DNA of 64,000 bases from the human T2T-CHM13v2.0 reference genome, Homo sapiens. Shown here piece by piece: positions 36,601-49,600 of the stretch. The DNA is taken from NCBI RefSeq assembly GCF_009914755.1, contig NC_060943.1. One strand, written 5' to 3'. Every line of letters begins with the position of its first letter. Position 1 is the first letter of the stretch. Made by a program: the position numbers and the translations under genes. The notes under the pieces were generated by a model. The model was not told the origin of the DNA, searched no databases, and saw nothing but the letters and a program-made list of their open reading frames with translations.

Positions 36601-37300
36601 GTGTGTATTCAACTGACAGAGTTGAACTTTCATTTAGAGAGAGCAGATTTGAAACACTGTTTTTGTGGAATTTGCAAGTGGAGGTTTCAAGCGCTTTGGG
36701 GCCAAAGGCAGAAAAGGAAATATCTTCGTACAAAAACTAGACACAATCATTCTCAGAAACTGCTCTGTGATGTGTGCGTTCAACTCTCAGAGTTTAACTT
36801 TTCTTTTCATTCAGCAGTTTGGAAACACTCTGTTTGTAAAGTCTCCACGTGGATATTTGGACTTGTTTGAGGCCTTCGTTGGAAAAGTGTTTTTTTCATG
36901 TAAGGCTAGACAGAAGAATTCTCAGTAACTTCCTTGTGTTGTGTGCATTCAACTCACAGAGTTGAACGTTCCCTTAGACACAGCAGATTTGAAACACTCT
37001 ATTTGTGCAATTTGCAAGTGTAGATTTCAAGCGCTTTAAGGTCAATGGCAGAAAAGGAAATATCTTCGTTTCAAAGCTAGACAGAATCATTCCCACAAAC
37101 TGCGTAGTGATGTGTTCGTTCAACTCACAGAGTTTAACCTTTCTGTTCATAGAGCAGTTAGGAAACACTCTGTTTGTAAAGTCCGTAAGTGGATATTCTG
37201 ACAACTTGTGGCCTTGTTTGGAAACCGGACTTCTTCATATACTGCTAGACAGAAGAATTCTCAGTAACTTCCTTGTGTTGTGTGTATTCAACTCACAGAG
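36601..37300 (+). repeat. Isolated hexamer remnant (B-C dimers), copy 1
   Basis: B and C markers reappear, carrying many private variants shared with 46781-47480. Confidence 0.9.
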
Positions 37301-40300
37301 TTGAACGATCCTTTACACAGAGCAGACTTGAAACACTCTTTTTGTGGAATTTGCAAGTGGAGATTTCAGCCGCTTTGAGGTCAATGGTAGAATAGGAAAT
37401 ATCTTCCTATAGAAATTAGACAGAATGATTCTCAGAAACTCCTTTGTGATGTAAGCGTTCAACTCACAGAGTTTAACCTTTCTTTACATAGAGCAGTTAG
37501 GAAACACTCTGTTTGTAAAGTCTGCAAGTGGATATTCAGACCTCCTTGAGGCCTTCGTTGGAAACGGGATTTCTTCATATTATGCTAGACAGAAGAATTC
37601 TCAGTAACTTCCTTGTGTTGTGTGTATTCAACTCACAGAGTTCAACGATCCTTTACACAGAGCAGACTTGAAACACTCTTTTTGTGGAATTTGCAAGTGG
37701 AGATTTCAGCCGACTTGAGGTCAATGGTAGAAAAGGAAATATCTTCTTATAAAAACTAGACAGAATGATTCTCAGAAACTCCTTTGTGATGTGTGCGTTC
37801 AACTCACAGAGTTTAACCTTTCTTCTCATAGAGCAGTTAGGAAACATTCTGTTTGTAAAGTCTGCAAGTGGATATTCAGACCTCTTTGAGGCCTTCGTTG
37901 GAAACGGGATTTCTTCATATTATGCTAGACAGAAGAATTCTCAGTAACTTCCTTGTGTTGTGTGTATTCAACTCACAGAGTTCAATGATCATTTACACAG
38001 AGCAGACTTCAAACACTCTTTTTGTGGAATTTGCAAGTGGAGATTTCAGCCGACTTGAGGTCAATGGTAGAAAAGGAAATATCTTCGTATAAAAACTAGA
38101 CAGAATGATTCTCAGAAACTCCTTTGTGATGTGTGCGTTCAACTCACAGAGTTTAACCTTTCTTCTCATAGAGCAGTTAGGAAACACTCTGTTTGTAAAG
38201 TCTGCAAGTGGATATTCAGACCTCTTTTAGGCCTTCGTTGGAAACGGGATTTCTTCATATTCTGCTAGACAGAAGAATTCTCAGTAACTTCCTTGTGTTG
38301 TGTATTCAACTCACAGAGTTCAACGATCCTTTACACAGAGCAGACTTGAAACACTCTTTTTGTGGAATTTGCAAGTGGGGATTTCAGCCGCTTTGAGGTC
38401 AATGGTAGAAAAGGAAATATCTTCGTATAAAAACTAGACAGAATGATTCTCAGAAACTCCTTTGTGATGTGTGCGTTCAACTCACAGAGTTTAACCTTTC
38501 TTTTCATAGAGCAGTTAGGAAACACTCTGTTTGTAAAGTCTGCAAGTGGATATTCAGACCTCTTTGATGCCTTCGTTGGAAACGGGATTTCTTCATATTC
38601 TGCTAGACAGAAGAATTCTCAGTAACTTCCTTGTGTTGTGTGTATTCAACTCACAGAGTTCAACGATCCTTTACACAGAGCAGACTTGAAGCACTCTTTT
38701 TGTGGAATTTGCAAGTGGACATTTCAGCCGCTTTGAGGTCAATGGTACAAAAGGAAATATCTTCGTATAAAAACTAGACAGAATGATTCTCAGAAACTCC
38801 TTTCTGATGTGTGCGTTCAACTCACAGAGTTTAACCTTTCTTTTCATAGAGCAGTGAGGAAACACTCTGTTTGTAAAGTCTGCAAGTGGATATTCAGACC
38901 TCCTTGAGGCCTTCGTTGGAAACGGGATTTCTTCATATTATGCTAGACAGAAGAATTCTCAGTAACTTCCTTGTGTTGTGTGTATTCAACTCACAGAGTT
39001 CAACGATCCTTTACACAGAGCAGACTTGAAACACTCTTTTTTCGGAATTTGCAAGTGGAGATTTCAGCCGCTTTGAGGTCAATGGTAGAAAAGGAAATTT
39101 CTTCTTATGAAAACTAGATAGAATGATTCTCAGAAACTCCTTTGTGATGTGTACATTCAACTCACAGAGTTTAACCTTTCTTTTCATAGAGCAGTTAGGA
39201 AACACTCTGTTTGTAAAGTCTGCAAGTGGATATTCAGACCTCTTTGAGGCCTTCGTTGGAAACGGGATTTCTTCATATTCTGCTAGACAGAAGAATTCTC
39301 AGTAACTTCCTTGTGTTGTGTATTGAACTCAATGAGTTGAACGATCCTTTACACAAAGCAGACTTGAAACACTCTTTTTGTGGAATTTGCAAGTGGAGAT
39401 TTCAGCCGCTTTGAGGTCAATTGTAGAATAGGAAATATCTTCCTATAGAAACTAGACAGAATGATTCTCAGAAACTCCTTTGTGATGTATGCGTTCAACT
39501 CACAGAGTTTAACCTTTCTTTTCATAGAGCAGTTAGGAAACACTCTGTTTGTAAAGTCTGCAAGTGGATATTCAGACCTCCTTGAGGCCTTCGTTGAAAA
39601 CGGGTTTTCTTCATATTATGCTAGACAGAAGAATTCTCAGTAACTTCCTTGTGTTGTGTGTATTCAACTCACAGAGTTCAATGATCCTTTACACAGAGCA
39701 GACTTGAAACACTCTTTTTGTGGAATTTGCAATTGGGGATTTCAGCCGCTTTGAGGTCAATGGTAGAAAAGGAAATATCTTCGTATAAAAACTAGACAGA
39801 AGGATTCTCAGAAACTCCTTTGTGATGTGTGCGTTCATCTCACAAAGTTTAACCTTTCTTTCCATAGAGCAGTTAGGAAACACTCTGTTTGTAAAGTCTG
39901 CAAGTAGATATTCAGACCTTTTTCAGGCCTTCGTTGGAAACGGGATTTCTTCATACTCTGCTAGACAGAAGAACTCTCAGTAACTTCCTTGTGTTCTGTG
40001 TATTCAACTCACAGAGTTGAATGATCCTTTACACAGAGCAGACTTGAAACACTCTTTTTGTGGAATTTGCAAGTGGAGATTTCAGCCGCTTTGAGGTCAT
40101 TGGTAGAAAAGGGAATATCTTCGTATAAAAACTAGACAGAATGATTCTCAGAAACTCCTTTGTGATGTGTGCTTTCAACTCACAGAGTTTAACCTTTCTT
40201 TTCATAGAGCAGTTAGGAAACACTCTGCTTGTAAAGTCTGCAAGTGGATATTCAGACCTCTTTGAGGCCTTCGTTGGAAACGGGATTTCTTCATATTCTG

Positions 40301-43300
40301 CTAGACAGAAGAATTCTCAGTAACTTCCTTGTGTTGTGTGTATTCAACTCACAGAGTTGAACGATCCTTTACACAGAGCAGACTTGAAACACTGTTTTAG
40401 TGGAATTTGCAAGTGGAGATTTCAGCCGCTTTGAGGTCAATGGTAGAATAGGAAATATCTTCCTATAGAAACTAGACCGAATGATTCTCAGAAACTGCTT
40501 TGTGATTTGTGCGTTCAACTCACAGAGTTTAACCTTTCTTTTCATAGAGAAGTTAGGAAACACTCTGTTTGTAAAGTCTGCATGTGGATATTCAGACCTC
40601 CTTGAGGCCTTCGTTGGAAACGTGATTTCTTCATATTATGCTAGACAGAAGAATTCTCAGTAACTTCCTTGTGTTGTGTGTATTCACCTCACCGATTTGA
40701 ACGATCCTTTACACAGAGCAGACTTGAAACACTCTTTTTGTGGAATTTGCAAGTGGAGATTTCAGCCGCTTTGAGGTCAATGGTAGAATAGGAAATATCT
40801 TCCTATAGAAATTAGACAGAATGATTCTCAGAAACTCCTTTGTGATGTATGCGTTCAACTCACAGAGTTTAACCTTTCTTTACTTAGAGCAGTTAGGAAA
40901 CACTCTGTTTGTAAAGTCTGCAAGTGGATATTCAGACCTCCTTGAGGCCTTCGTTGGAAACGGGATTTCTTCATATTATGCTAGACAGAAGAATTCTCAG
41001 TAACTTCCTTGTGTTGTGTGTATTCAACTCACAGAGTTCAACGATCCTTTACACAGAGCAGACTTGAAACACTCTTTTTGTGGAATTTGCAAGTGGAGAT
41101 TTCAGCCGCTTTGAGGTCAATGGTAGAATAGGAAATATCTTCCCATAGAAACTAGACAGAATGATTCTCACAAACTCCTTTGTGATGTGTGCGTTCAACT
41201 CACAGAGTTAAACCTTTCTTTTCATAGAGCAGTTAGGAAACACTCTGTTTGTAAAGTCTGCAAGTGGATATTCAGACCTCCTTGAGGCCTTCTTTGGAAA
41301 GGGGATTTCTTCATATTATGCTAGACAGAAGAATTCTCAGAAACTTCCTTGTGTTGTGTGTATTCAACTCTCAGAGTTGAACGACCCTTTACACAGAGCA
41401 GACTTGAAACACTCTTTTTGTGGAATTTGCAAGTGGAGATTTCAGCCGCTTTGAGGTCAATGGTAGAAAAGGAAATATCTTCGTATAAAAACTAGACAGA
41501 ATGATTCTCAGAAACTTCTTTGTGATGTGTGCGTTCAACTCACAGAGTTTAACCTTTCTTTTCATAGAGCAGTTAAGAAACACTCTGTTTGTAAAGTCTG
41601 CAAGTGGATATTCAGACACCTTTGAGGCTTTCGTTGGAAACGGGATTTCTTCATATTCTGCTAGACAGAAAAATTCTCAGAAACTTCCTTGTGTTGTGTG
41701 TTTTCAACTCACAGAGTTGAACGATCCTTTACACAGAGTAGACTTGAAACACTCTTTTTGTGGAATTTGCAATTGGAGACTTCAGCCGCTTTGAGGTCAA
41801 TGGTAGAAAAGGAAATATCTTCGTATAAAAACTAGACAGAATGATTCTCAGAAACTCCTTTGTGATGTGTGCGTTCAACTCACAGAGTTTAACCTTTCTT
41901 TTCATAGAGCAGTTAGGAAACACTCTGTTTGTAAAGTCTGCAAGTGGATATTCAGACCTCCTTGAGGCCTTCGTTGGAAACGGGATTTCTCCATACTCTG
42001 CTAGACAGAAGAATTCTCAGTAACTTCCTTGTGTTGTGTGTATTCAACTCACAGAGTTGAACGACCCTTTACACAGAGCAGACTTGAAACACTCTTTTTG
42101 TGTAATTTGCAAGTGGAGATTTCAGCCGCTTTGAGGTCAATGGTAGAATAGGAAATATCTTCTTATAGAAACTAGACAGAATGATTCTCAGAAACTCCTT
42201 TGTGATGTGTGCGTTCAACTAACAGAGTTTAACCTTTCTTTTCATAGAGCAGTTAGGAAACACTCTGTTTGTAAAGTCTGCAAGTGGATATTCAGACCTC
42301 CTTGAGGCCTTCGTTGGAAACGGGATTTCTTCATATTATGCTAGACAGAAGAATTCTCAGTAACTTCCTTGTGTTGTGTGTATTCAACTCACAGAGTTCA
42401 ATGATGATTTACACAGAGCAGACTTGAAACACTCTTTTTGTGGAATTTGCAAGTGGAGATTTCAGCCGAGTTGAGGTCAACGGTAGAAAAGGAAATATCT
42501 TCGTATAAAAACTAGACAGAATGATTCTCAGAAACTCCTTTGTGATGTGTGCGTTCAACTCACAGAGTTTAACCTTTCTTCTCATAGAGCAGTTAGGAAA
42601 CACTCTGTTTGTAAAGTCTGCAAGTGGATATTCAGACCTCTTTGAGGCCTTCGTTGGAAACGGGATTTCTTCATATTCTGCTAGACAGAAGAATTCTCAG
42701 TAACTTCCTTGTGTTGTGTATTGAACTCACTGAGTTGAACGATCCTTTACACAGAGCAGACTTGAAACACTCTTTTTGTGGAATTTGCAAGTGGAGATTT
42801 CAGCCGCTTTGAGGTCAATTGTAGAATAGGAAATATCTTCCTATAGAAACTAGACAGAATGATTCTCAGAAAGTCCTTTGTGATGTATGCGTTCAACTCA
42901 CAGAGTTTAACCTTTCTTTTCATAGAGCAGTTAGGAAACACTCTGTTTGTAAAGTCTGCAAGTGGATATTCAGACTTCCTTGTGGCCTTCGTTGAAAACG
43001 GGATTTCTTCATATTATGCTAGACAGAAGAATTCTCAGTAACTTCCTTGTGTTGTGTGTATTCAACTCACAGAGTTCAACAATCATTTACACAGAGCAGA
43101 CTTCTCTTTTTGTGGAATTTGCAAGTGGAGATTTCAGCCGACTTGAGGTCAATGGTAGAAAAGGAAATATCTTCTTATAAAAACTAGACAGAATGATTCT
43201 CAGAAACTCCTTTGTGATGTGTGCGTTCAACTCACAGAGTTTAACCTTTCTTCTCATAGAGCAGTTAGGAAACACTCTGTTTGTAAAGTCTGCAAGTGGA

Positions 43301-46300
43301 TATTCAGACCTCTTTGAAGCCTTCGTTGGAAACGGGATTTCTTCATATTATGCTAGACAGAAGAATTCTCAGTAACTTCCTTGTGTTGTGTGTATTCAAC
43401 TCACAGAGTTCAATGATCATTTACACAGAGCAGACTTCAAACACTCTTTTTGTGGAATTTGCAAGTGGAGATTTCAGCCGACTTGAGGTCAATGGTAGAA
43501 AAGGAAATATCTTCGTATAAAAACTAGACAGAATGATTCTCAGAAACTCCTTTGTGATGTGTGCGTTCAACTCACAGAGTTTAACCTTTCTTCTCATAGA
43601 GCAGTTAGGAAACACTCTGTTTGTAAAGTCTGCAAGTGGATATTCAGACCTCCTTGAGGCCTTCGTTGGAAACGGGATTTCTTCATATTCTGCTAGACAG
43701 AAGAATTCTCAGTAACTTCCTTGTGTTGTGTATTCAACTCACAGAGTTCAACGTTCCTTTACACAGAGCAGACTTGAAACACACTTTTTGTGGAATTTGC
43801 AAGTGGAGATTTCAGCCGCTTTGAGGTCAATGGTAGAAAAGGGAATATCTTCGTATAAAAAGTAGACAGAATTATTCTCAGAAACTCCTTTGTGATGTGT
43901 GCGTTCAACTCACAGAGTTTAACCTTTCTTTTCATAGAGCAGTTAGGAAACACTCTGTTTGTAAAGTCTGCAAGTGGATATTCAGACCTCTTTGAGGCCT
44001 TCGTTGGAAACGTGATTTCTTCATATTCTGCTAGACAGAAGAATTCTCAGTAACTTCCTTGTGTTGCGTGTATTCAACTCACAGAGTTCAACGATCCTTT
44101 ACACAGAGCAGACTTGAAACACACTTTTTGTGGAATTTGCAAGTGGAGATTTCAGCCGCTTTGAGGTCAATGGTAGAAAAGGAAATATCTTCGTATAAAA
44201 ACTAGACAGAATGATTTTCAGAAACTCCTTTGTGATGTGTGCGTTCAACTCACAGAGTTTAACCTTTCTTTTCATAGAGCAGTGAGGAAACACTCTGTTT
44301 GTAAAGTCTGCAAGTGGATATTCAGACCTCTTTGTGGCCTTCGTTGGAAACGGGATTTCTTCATATTATGCTAGACAGAAGAATTCTCAGTAACTTCCTT
44401 GTTTTGTGTGTATTCAACTCACAGAGTTGAACGACCCTTTACACAGAGCAGACTTGAAACACTCTTTTTATGGAATTTGCAAGTGGAGATTTCAGCCGCT
44501 TTGAGGTCATTGGTAGAAAAGGGAATATCTTCGTATAAAAACTAGACAGAATGATTCTCAGAAACTCCTTTGTGATGTGTGCTTTCAACTCACAGAGTTT
44601 AACCTTTCTTTTCATAGAGCAGTTAGGAAACACTCTGTTTGTAAAGTCTGCAAGTGGATATTCAGACCTCTTTGAGGCATTCGTTGGAAACGGGATTTCT
44701 TCATATTCTGCTAGACAGAAGAATTCTCAGAAACTTCCTTGTGTTGTGTGTTTTCAACTCACAGAGTTGAACGATCCTTTACACAGAGTAGACTTGAAAC
44801 ACTCTTTTTGTGGAATTTGCAAGTGGAGATTTCAGCCACTTTGAGGTCAATGGTAGAAAAGGAAATATCTTCGTATAGAAACTAGACAGAATGATTCTCA
44901 GAAACTCCTTTGTGATGTGTTCGTTCAACTCACACAGTTTAACCTTTCTTTTCATGGAGCAGTTAGGAAACACTCTGTTTATAAAGGCTGCAAGTGGATA
45001 TTCAGAACCCTTTGAGGCGTTCGTTGGAAACGGGATTTCTTCATATTATGCTAGACAGAAGAATTCTCAGTACTTCCTTGTGTTGTGTGTATTCAACTCA
45101 CAGAGTTGAACGATCCTTTACACAGAGTAGACTTGAAACACTCTTTTTGTGGAATTTGCAAGTGGAGATTTCAGCCGCTTTGAGGTCAATGGTAGAAAAG
45201 GAAATATCTTTGTAGAAAAACTAGACAGATTGATTCTCAGAAACTCCTTTGTGATGTGTGCGTTCAACTCACAGAGTTTAACCTTTCTTTTCATAGAGCA
45301 GTTAGGAAACACTCTCTTTGTAAAGTCTGCAAGTGGATATTCAGACCTCCTTGAGGCCTTCGTTGGAAACGGGATTTCTTCATATTATGCTAGGCAGAAG
45401 AATTCTCAGTAACTTCCTTGTGTTGTGTATTCAACTCACTGAGATGAACGATCCTTTACACAGAGCAGACTTGAAACACTCTTTTTGTGTAATTTGCAAG
45501 TGGAGATTTCAGCCGCTTTGAGGTCAATGGTAGAAAAGGAAATATCTTCGTATAAAAACTAGACAGAATGATTCTCAGAAACTCCTTTGTGATGTGTGCG
45601 TTCAACTCACAGAGTTTAACCTTTCTTTTCATAGAGCAGTGAGGAAACACTCTGTTTGTAAAGTCTGCAAGTGGATATTCAGACCTCCTTGAGGCCTTCG
45701 TTGGAAACGGGATTTCTTCATATTATGCTAGACAGAAGAATTCTCAGTAACTTCCTTGTGTTGTGTGTATTCAACTCACAGATTTGAACGACCCTTTACA
45801 CAGAGCAGACTTGAAACACTCTTTTTATGGAATTTGCAAGTGGAGATTTCAGCCGCTTTGAGGTCATTGGTAGAAAAGGGAATATCTTCGTATAAAAACT
45901 AGACAGAATGATTCTCAGAAACTCCTTTGTGATGTGTGCTTTCAACTCACAGAGTTTAACCTTTCTTTTCATAGAGCAGTTAGGAAACACTCTGTTTGTA
46001 AATTCTGCAAGTGGATATTCAGACCTCTTTGAGGCCTTCGTTGGAAACGGGATTTCTTCATATTCTGCTAGACAGAAGAATTCTCAGAAACTTCCTTGTG
46101 TTGTGTGTTTTCAACTCACAGAGTTGAACGATCCTTTACACAGAGTAGACTTGAAACACTCTTTTTGTGGAATTTGCAAGTGGAGATTTCAGCCGCTTTG
46201 AGGTCAATGGTAGAAAAGGAAATATCTTCGTATAAAAACTAGACAGAATGATTCTCAGAAACTCCTTTGTGATGTGTGCGTTCAACTCACAGAGTTTAAC

Positions 46301-46680
46301 CTTTCTTTTCATAAAGCAGTTAGGAAACACTCTGTTTGTAAAGTCTGCAAGTGGATATTCAGACCTCTTTGAGGCCTTCGTTGGAAACGGGATTTCTTCA
46401 TATTATGCTAGACAGAAGAATTATCAGTAACTTCCTTGTGTTGTGTATTCATCTCACTGAGATGAACGATCCTTTACACAGAGCAGACTTGAAACACTCT
46501 TTTTCTGGAATTTGCAAGTGGAGATTTCAGCCGCTTTGAGGTCAATGGTAGAATAGGAAATATCTTCCTATAGAAACTAGACAGAATGATTCTCACAAAC
46601 TCCTTTGTGATGTGTGCGTTCAACTCACAGAGTTTAACCTTTCTTTTCATAGAGCAGTTAGGAAACACTCTGTTTGTAAA
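37300..46680 (+). repeat. More heterogeneous dimer domain with imperfect, dispersed internal repeats (offsets ~5428, 3398, 1357 bp)
   Basis: Only D-type dimers, with more singleton variants. ORF offsets 37993->43421, 39226->42624, 44439->45796. Confidence 0.85.
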
Positions 46681-49600
46681 GTCTGCACGTGGATATTTGG
46701 ACTTCTTTGAGGCCTTCGTTGGAAAAGGGTTTTTTTCATGTAAGGCTAGACAGAAGAATATTCAGTAACTTCCTTGTGTTGTGTGTATTCAACTGACAGA
46801 GTTGAACTTTCATTTAGAGAGAGCAGATTTGAAACACTGTTTTTGTGGAATTTGCAAGTGGAGATTTCAAGCGCTTTGGGGCCAAAGGCAGAAAAGGAAA
46901 TATCTTCGTACAAAAACTAGACACAATCATTCTCAGAAACTGCTCTGTGATGTGTGCGTTCAACTCTCAGAGTTTAACTTTTCTTTTCATTCAGCAGTTT
47001 GGAAACACTCTGTTTGTAAAGTCTCCACGTGGATATTTGGACTTGTTTGAGGCCTTCGTTGGAAAAGTGTTTTTTTCATGTAAGGCTAGACAGTAGAATT
47101 CTCAGTAACTTCCTTGTGTTGTGTGCATTCAACTCACAGAGTTGAACGTTCCCTTAGACACAGCAGATTTGAAACACTCTATTTGTGCAATTTGCAAGTG
47201 TAGATTTCAAGCGCTTTAAGGTCAATGGCAGAAAAGGAAATATCTTCGTTTCAAAGCTAGACAGAATCATTCCCACAAACTGCGTAGTGATGTGTTCGTT
47301 CAACTCACAGAGTTTAACCTTTCTGTTCATAGAGCAGTTAGGAAACACTCTGTTTGTAAAGTCCGTAAGTGGATATTCTGACATCTTGTGGCCTTGTTTG
47401 GAAACCGGACTTCTTCATATACTGCTAGACAGAAGAATTCTCAGTAACTTCCTTGTGTTGTGTGTATTCAACTCACAGAGTTGAACGATCCTTTACACAG
47501 AGCAGACTTGAAACACTCTTTTTGTGGAATTTGCAAGTGGAGATTTCAGCCGCTTTGAGGTCAATGGTAGAAAAGGAAATATCTTCGTAGAAAAACTAGA
47601 CAGAATGATTCTCAGAAACTCCTTTGTGATGTGTGCGTTCAACTCACAGAGTTTAACCTTTCTTTTCATAGAGCAGTTAGGAAACACTCTGTTTCTAAAG
47701 TCTGCACGTGGATATTGGGACTTCTTTGAGGCCTTCGTTTGAAACGGGTTTATTTCATGTAAGGCCAGACAGAAGAATTCTCAGTAACTTCCTTGTGTTG
47801 CGTGCATTCAACTGACAGGGTTGAAATTTCATTTAGACAGAGCAGATTTGAAACACTGTTTTTGTGGAATTTGCAAGTGGAGATGTCAAGCGCTTTGGGG
47901 CCAAAGGCAGAAAAGGAAATATCTTCGTATAAAAACTAGACAGAATCATTCTCAGAAACTGCTCTGTGATGTGTGCGTCCAACTCTCAGAGTTTAAATTT
48001 TCTTTTCATTCAGCAGTTTGGAAACACTCTGTTTGTAAAGTCTGCACGTGGATATTTTCAGCACTTAGAGGCCTTCGTTGGAAACTGTTTTTTTTCATGT
48101 AAGGCTAGACAGAAGAATTCCCAGTAACTTCCTTGTGTTGTGTGTATTCAACTCACAGAGTTGAACGTTCCCTTTGACAGAGCAGATTTGAAACACTCTT
48201 TTTCTGCAATTTGGAAGTGTAGATTTGAAGCGCTTTAAGGTCAATGGCAGAAAAGGAAATATCTTCGTTTCAAAACTAGACAGAATCATTCCCACAAACT
48301 GCGTTGTGATGTGTTCGTACAACTAACGGAGTTTAACCTTTCTTTAGATAGAGCAGTTAGGAAACCCTCTCTTTGTGAACTCTGCAAAAGGATATTCAGA
48401 TCTCTTTGAGGCCTTCGTTGGAAACGGGTTTTCTTCATATTATGCTAGACAGAAGAATTCTCAGTAACTTCCTTGTGTTGTGTGTATTCAACTCACAGAG
48501 TTGAACTTTCCCTTAGACAGAGCAGACTTGAAAAACTCTTTTTGTGGAATTTGCAAGTGGAGATTTCAGCCGCTTTGAGCTCAATGGTAGAAATGGAAAT
48601 AGAGCAGACTTTAAACACTCTTTTTGTGGAATTTGCAAGTGGAGATTTCAGCCGCGTTGAGGTCAATGGCAGAAAAGGAAATATCTTCGTATAAAAACTA
48701 GATAGAATGATTCTGAGAAACTCCTTTGTGAGGTGTGCGTTCAACTCACAGAGTTTAACGTTTCTTTTCATAGAGCAGTTAGGAAACACTCTGTTTGTAA
48801 GGTCTGCAAGTGGATATTCAGACCTTTTTGAGGCCTTCGTTGTAAACGGGATTTCTTCATATTCTGTTAGACAGAGGAATTCTCAGTAACTTCCTTGTGT
48901 TGCGGGTATTCAACTCACAGTGTTGAATGATCCTTTACACAGAGCAGACTTGAAACACACTTTTTGTGGAATTTGCAAGTGGAGATTTCAGCCGTTTTGA
49001 AGTCAATGGTAGAAAAGGAAATATCTTCGTATAAAAACTAGACAGAATGATTCTCAGAAACACCTTTGTGATGTGGGCGTTCAACTCACAGAGTTTAACC
49101 TTTCTTTTCATAGAGCAGTTAGGAAACACTCGGTTTGTAAAGTCTGCAGGTGGATATTTCGACATCTTTGAGGCCTTTGTTGGAAACGGGTTTTTTTCAT
49201 GTAAGGCTAGACAGAAGAAATCTCAGTAACTTCCTTGTGTTGTGTGTATTCAACTGACAGAGTTGAAGTTTCATTTAGACAGAGCAGATTTGAAACACTA
49301 TTTTTGTGCAATTTGCAAGTGGAGATTTCAAGCGCTTTGGGGCCAAAGGCAGAAAAGGAAATATCTTCGTATAAAAACTAGACAGAATCATTCTCAGAAA
49401 CTGTTCTGTGATGTGTGCGTTCAACTCTCAGAGTTTAACTTTTCTTTTCATTCAGCAGTTTGGAAACACTATGTTTGTAAACTCTGCAAATGGATATTCA
49501 GACCTCTTTGAGGCCTTCGTTGGAAAAGGGATTTCTTCATATTATGCTAGACAGAAGAATTCTCAGTAACTTCCTTGTGTTGTGTGTATTCAACTCACAG

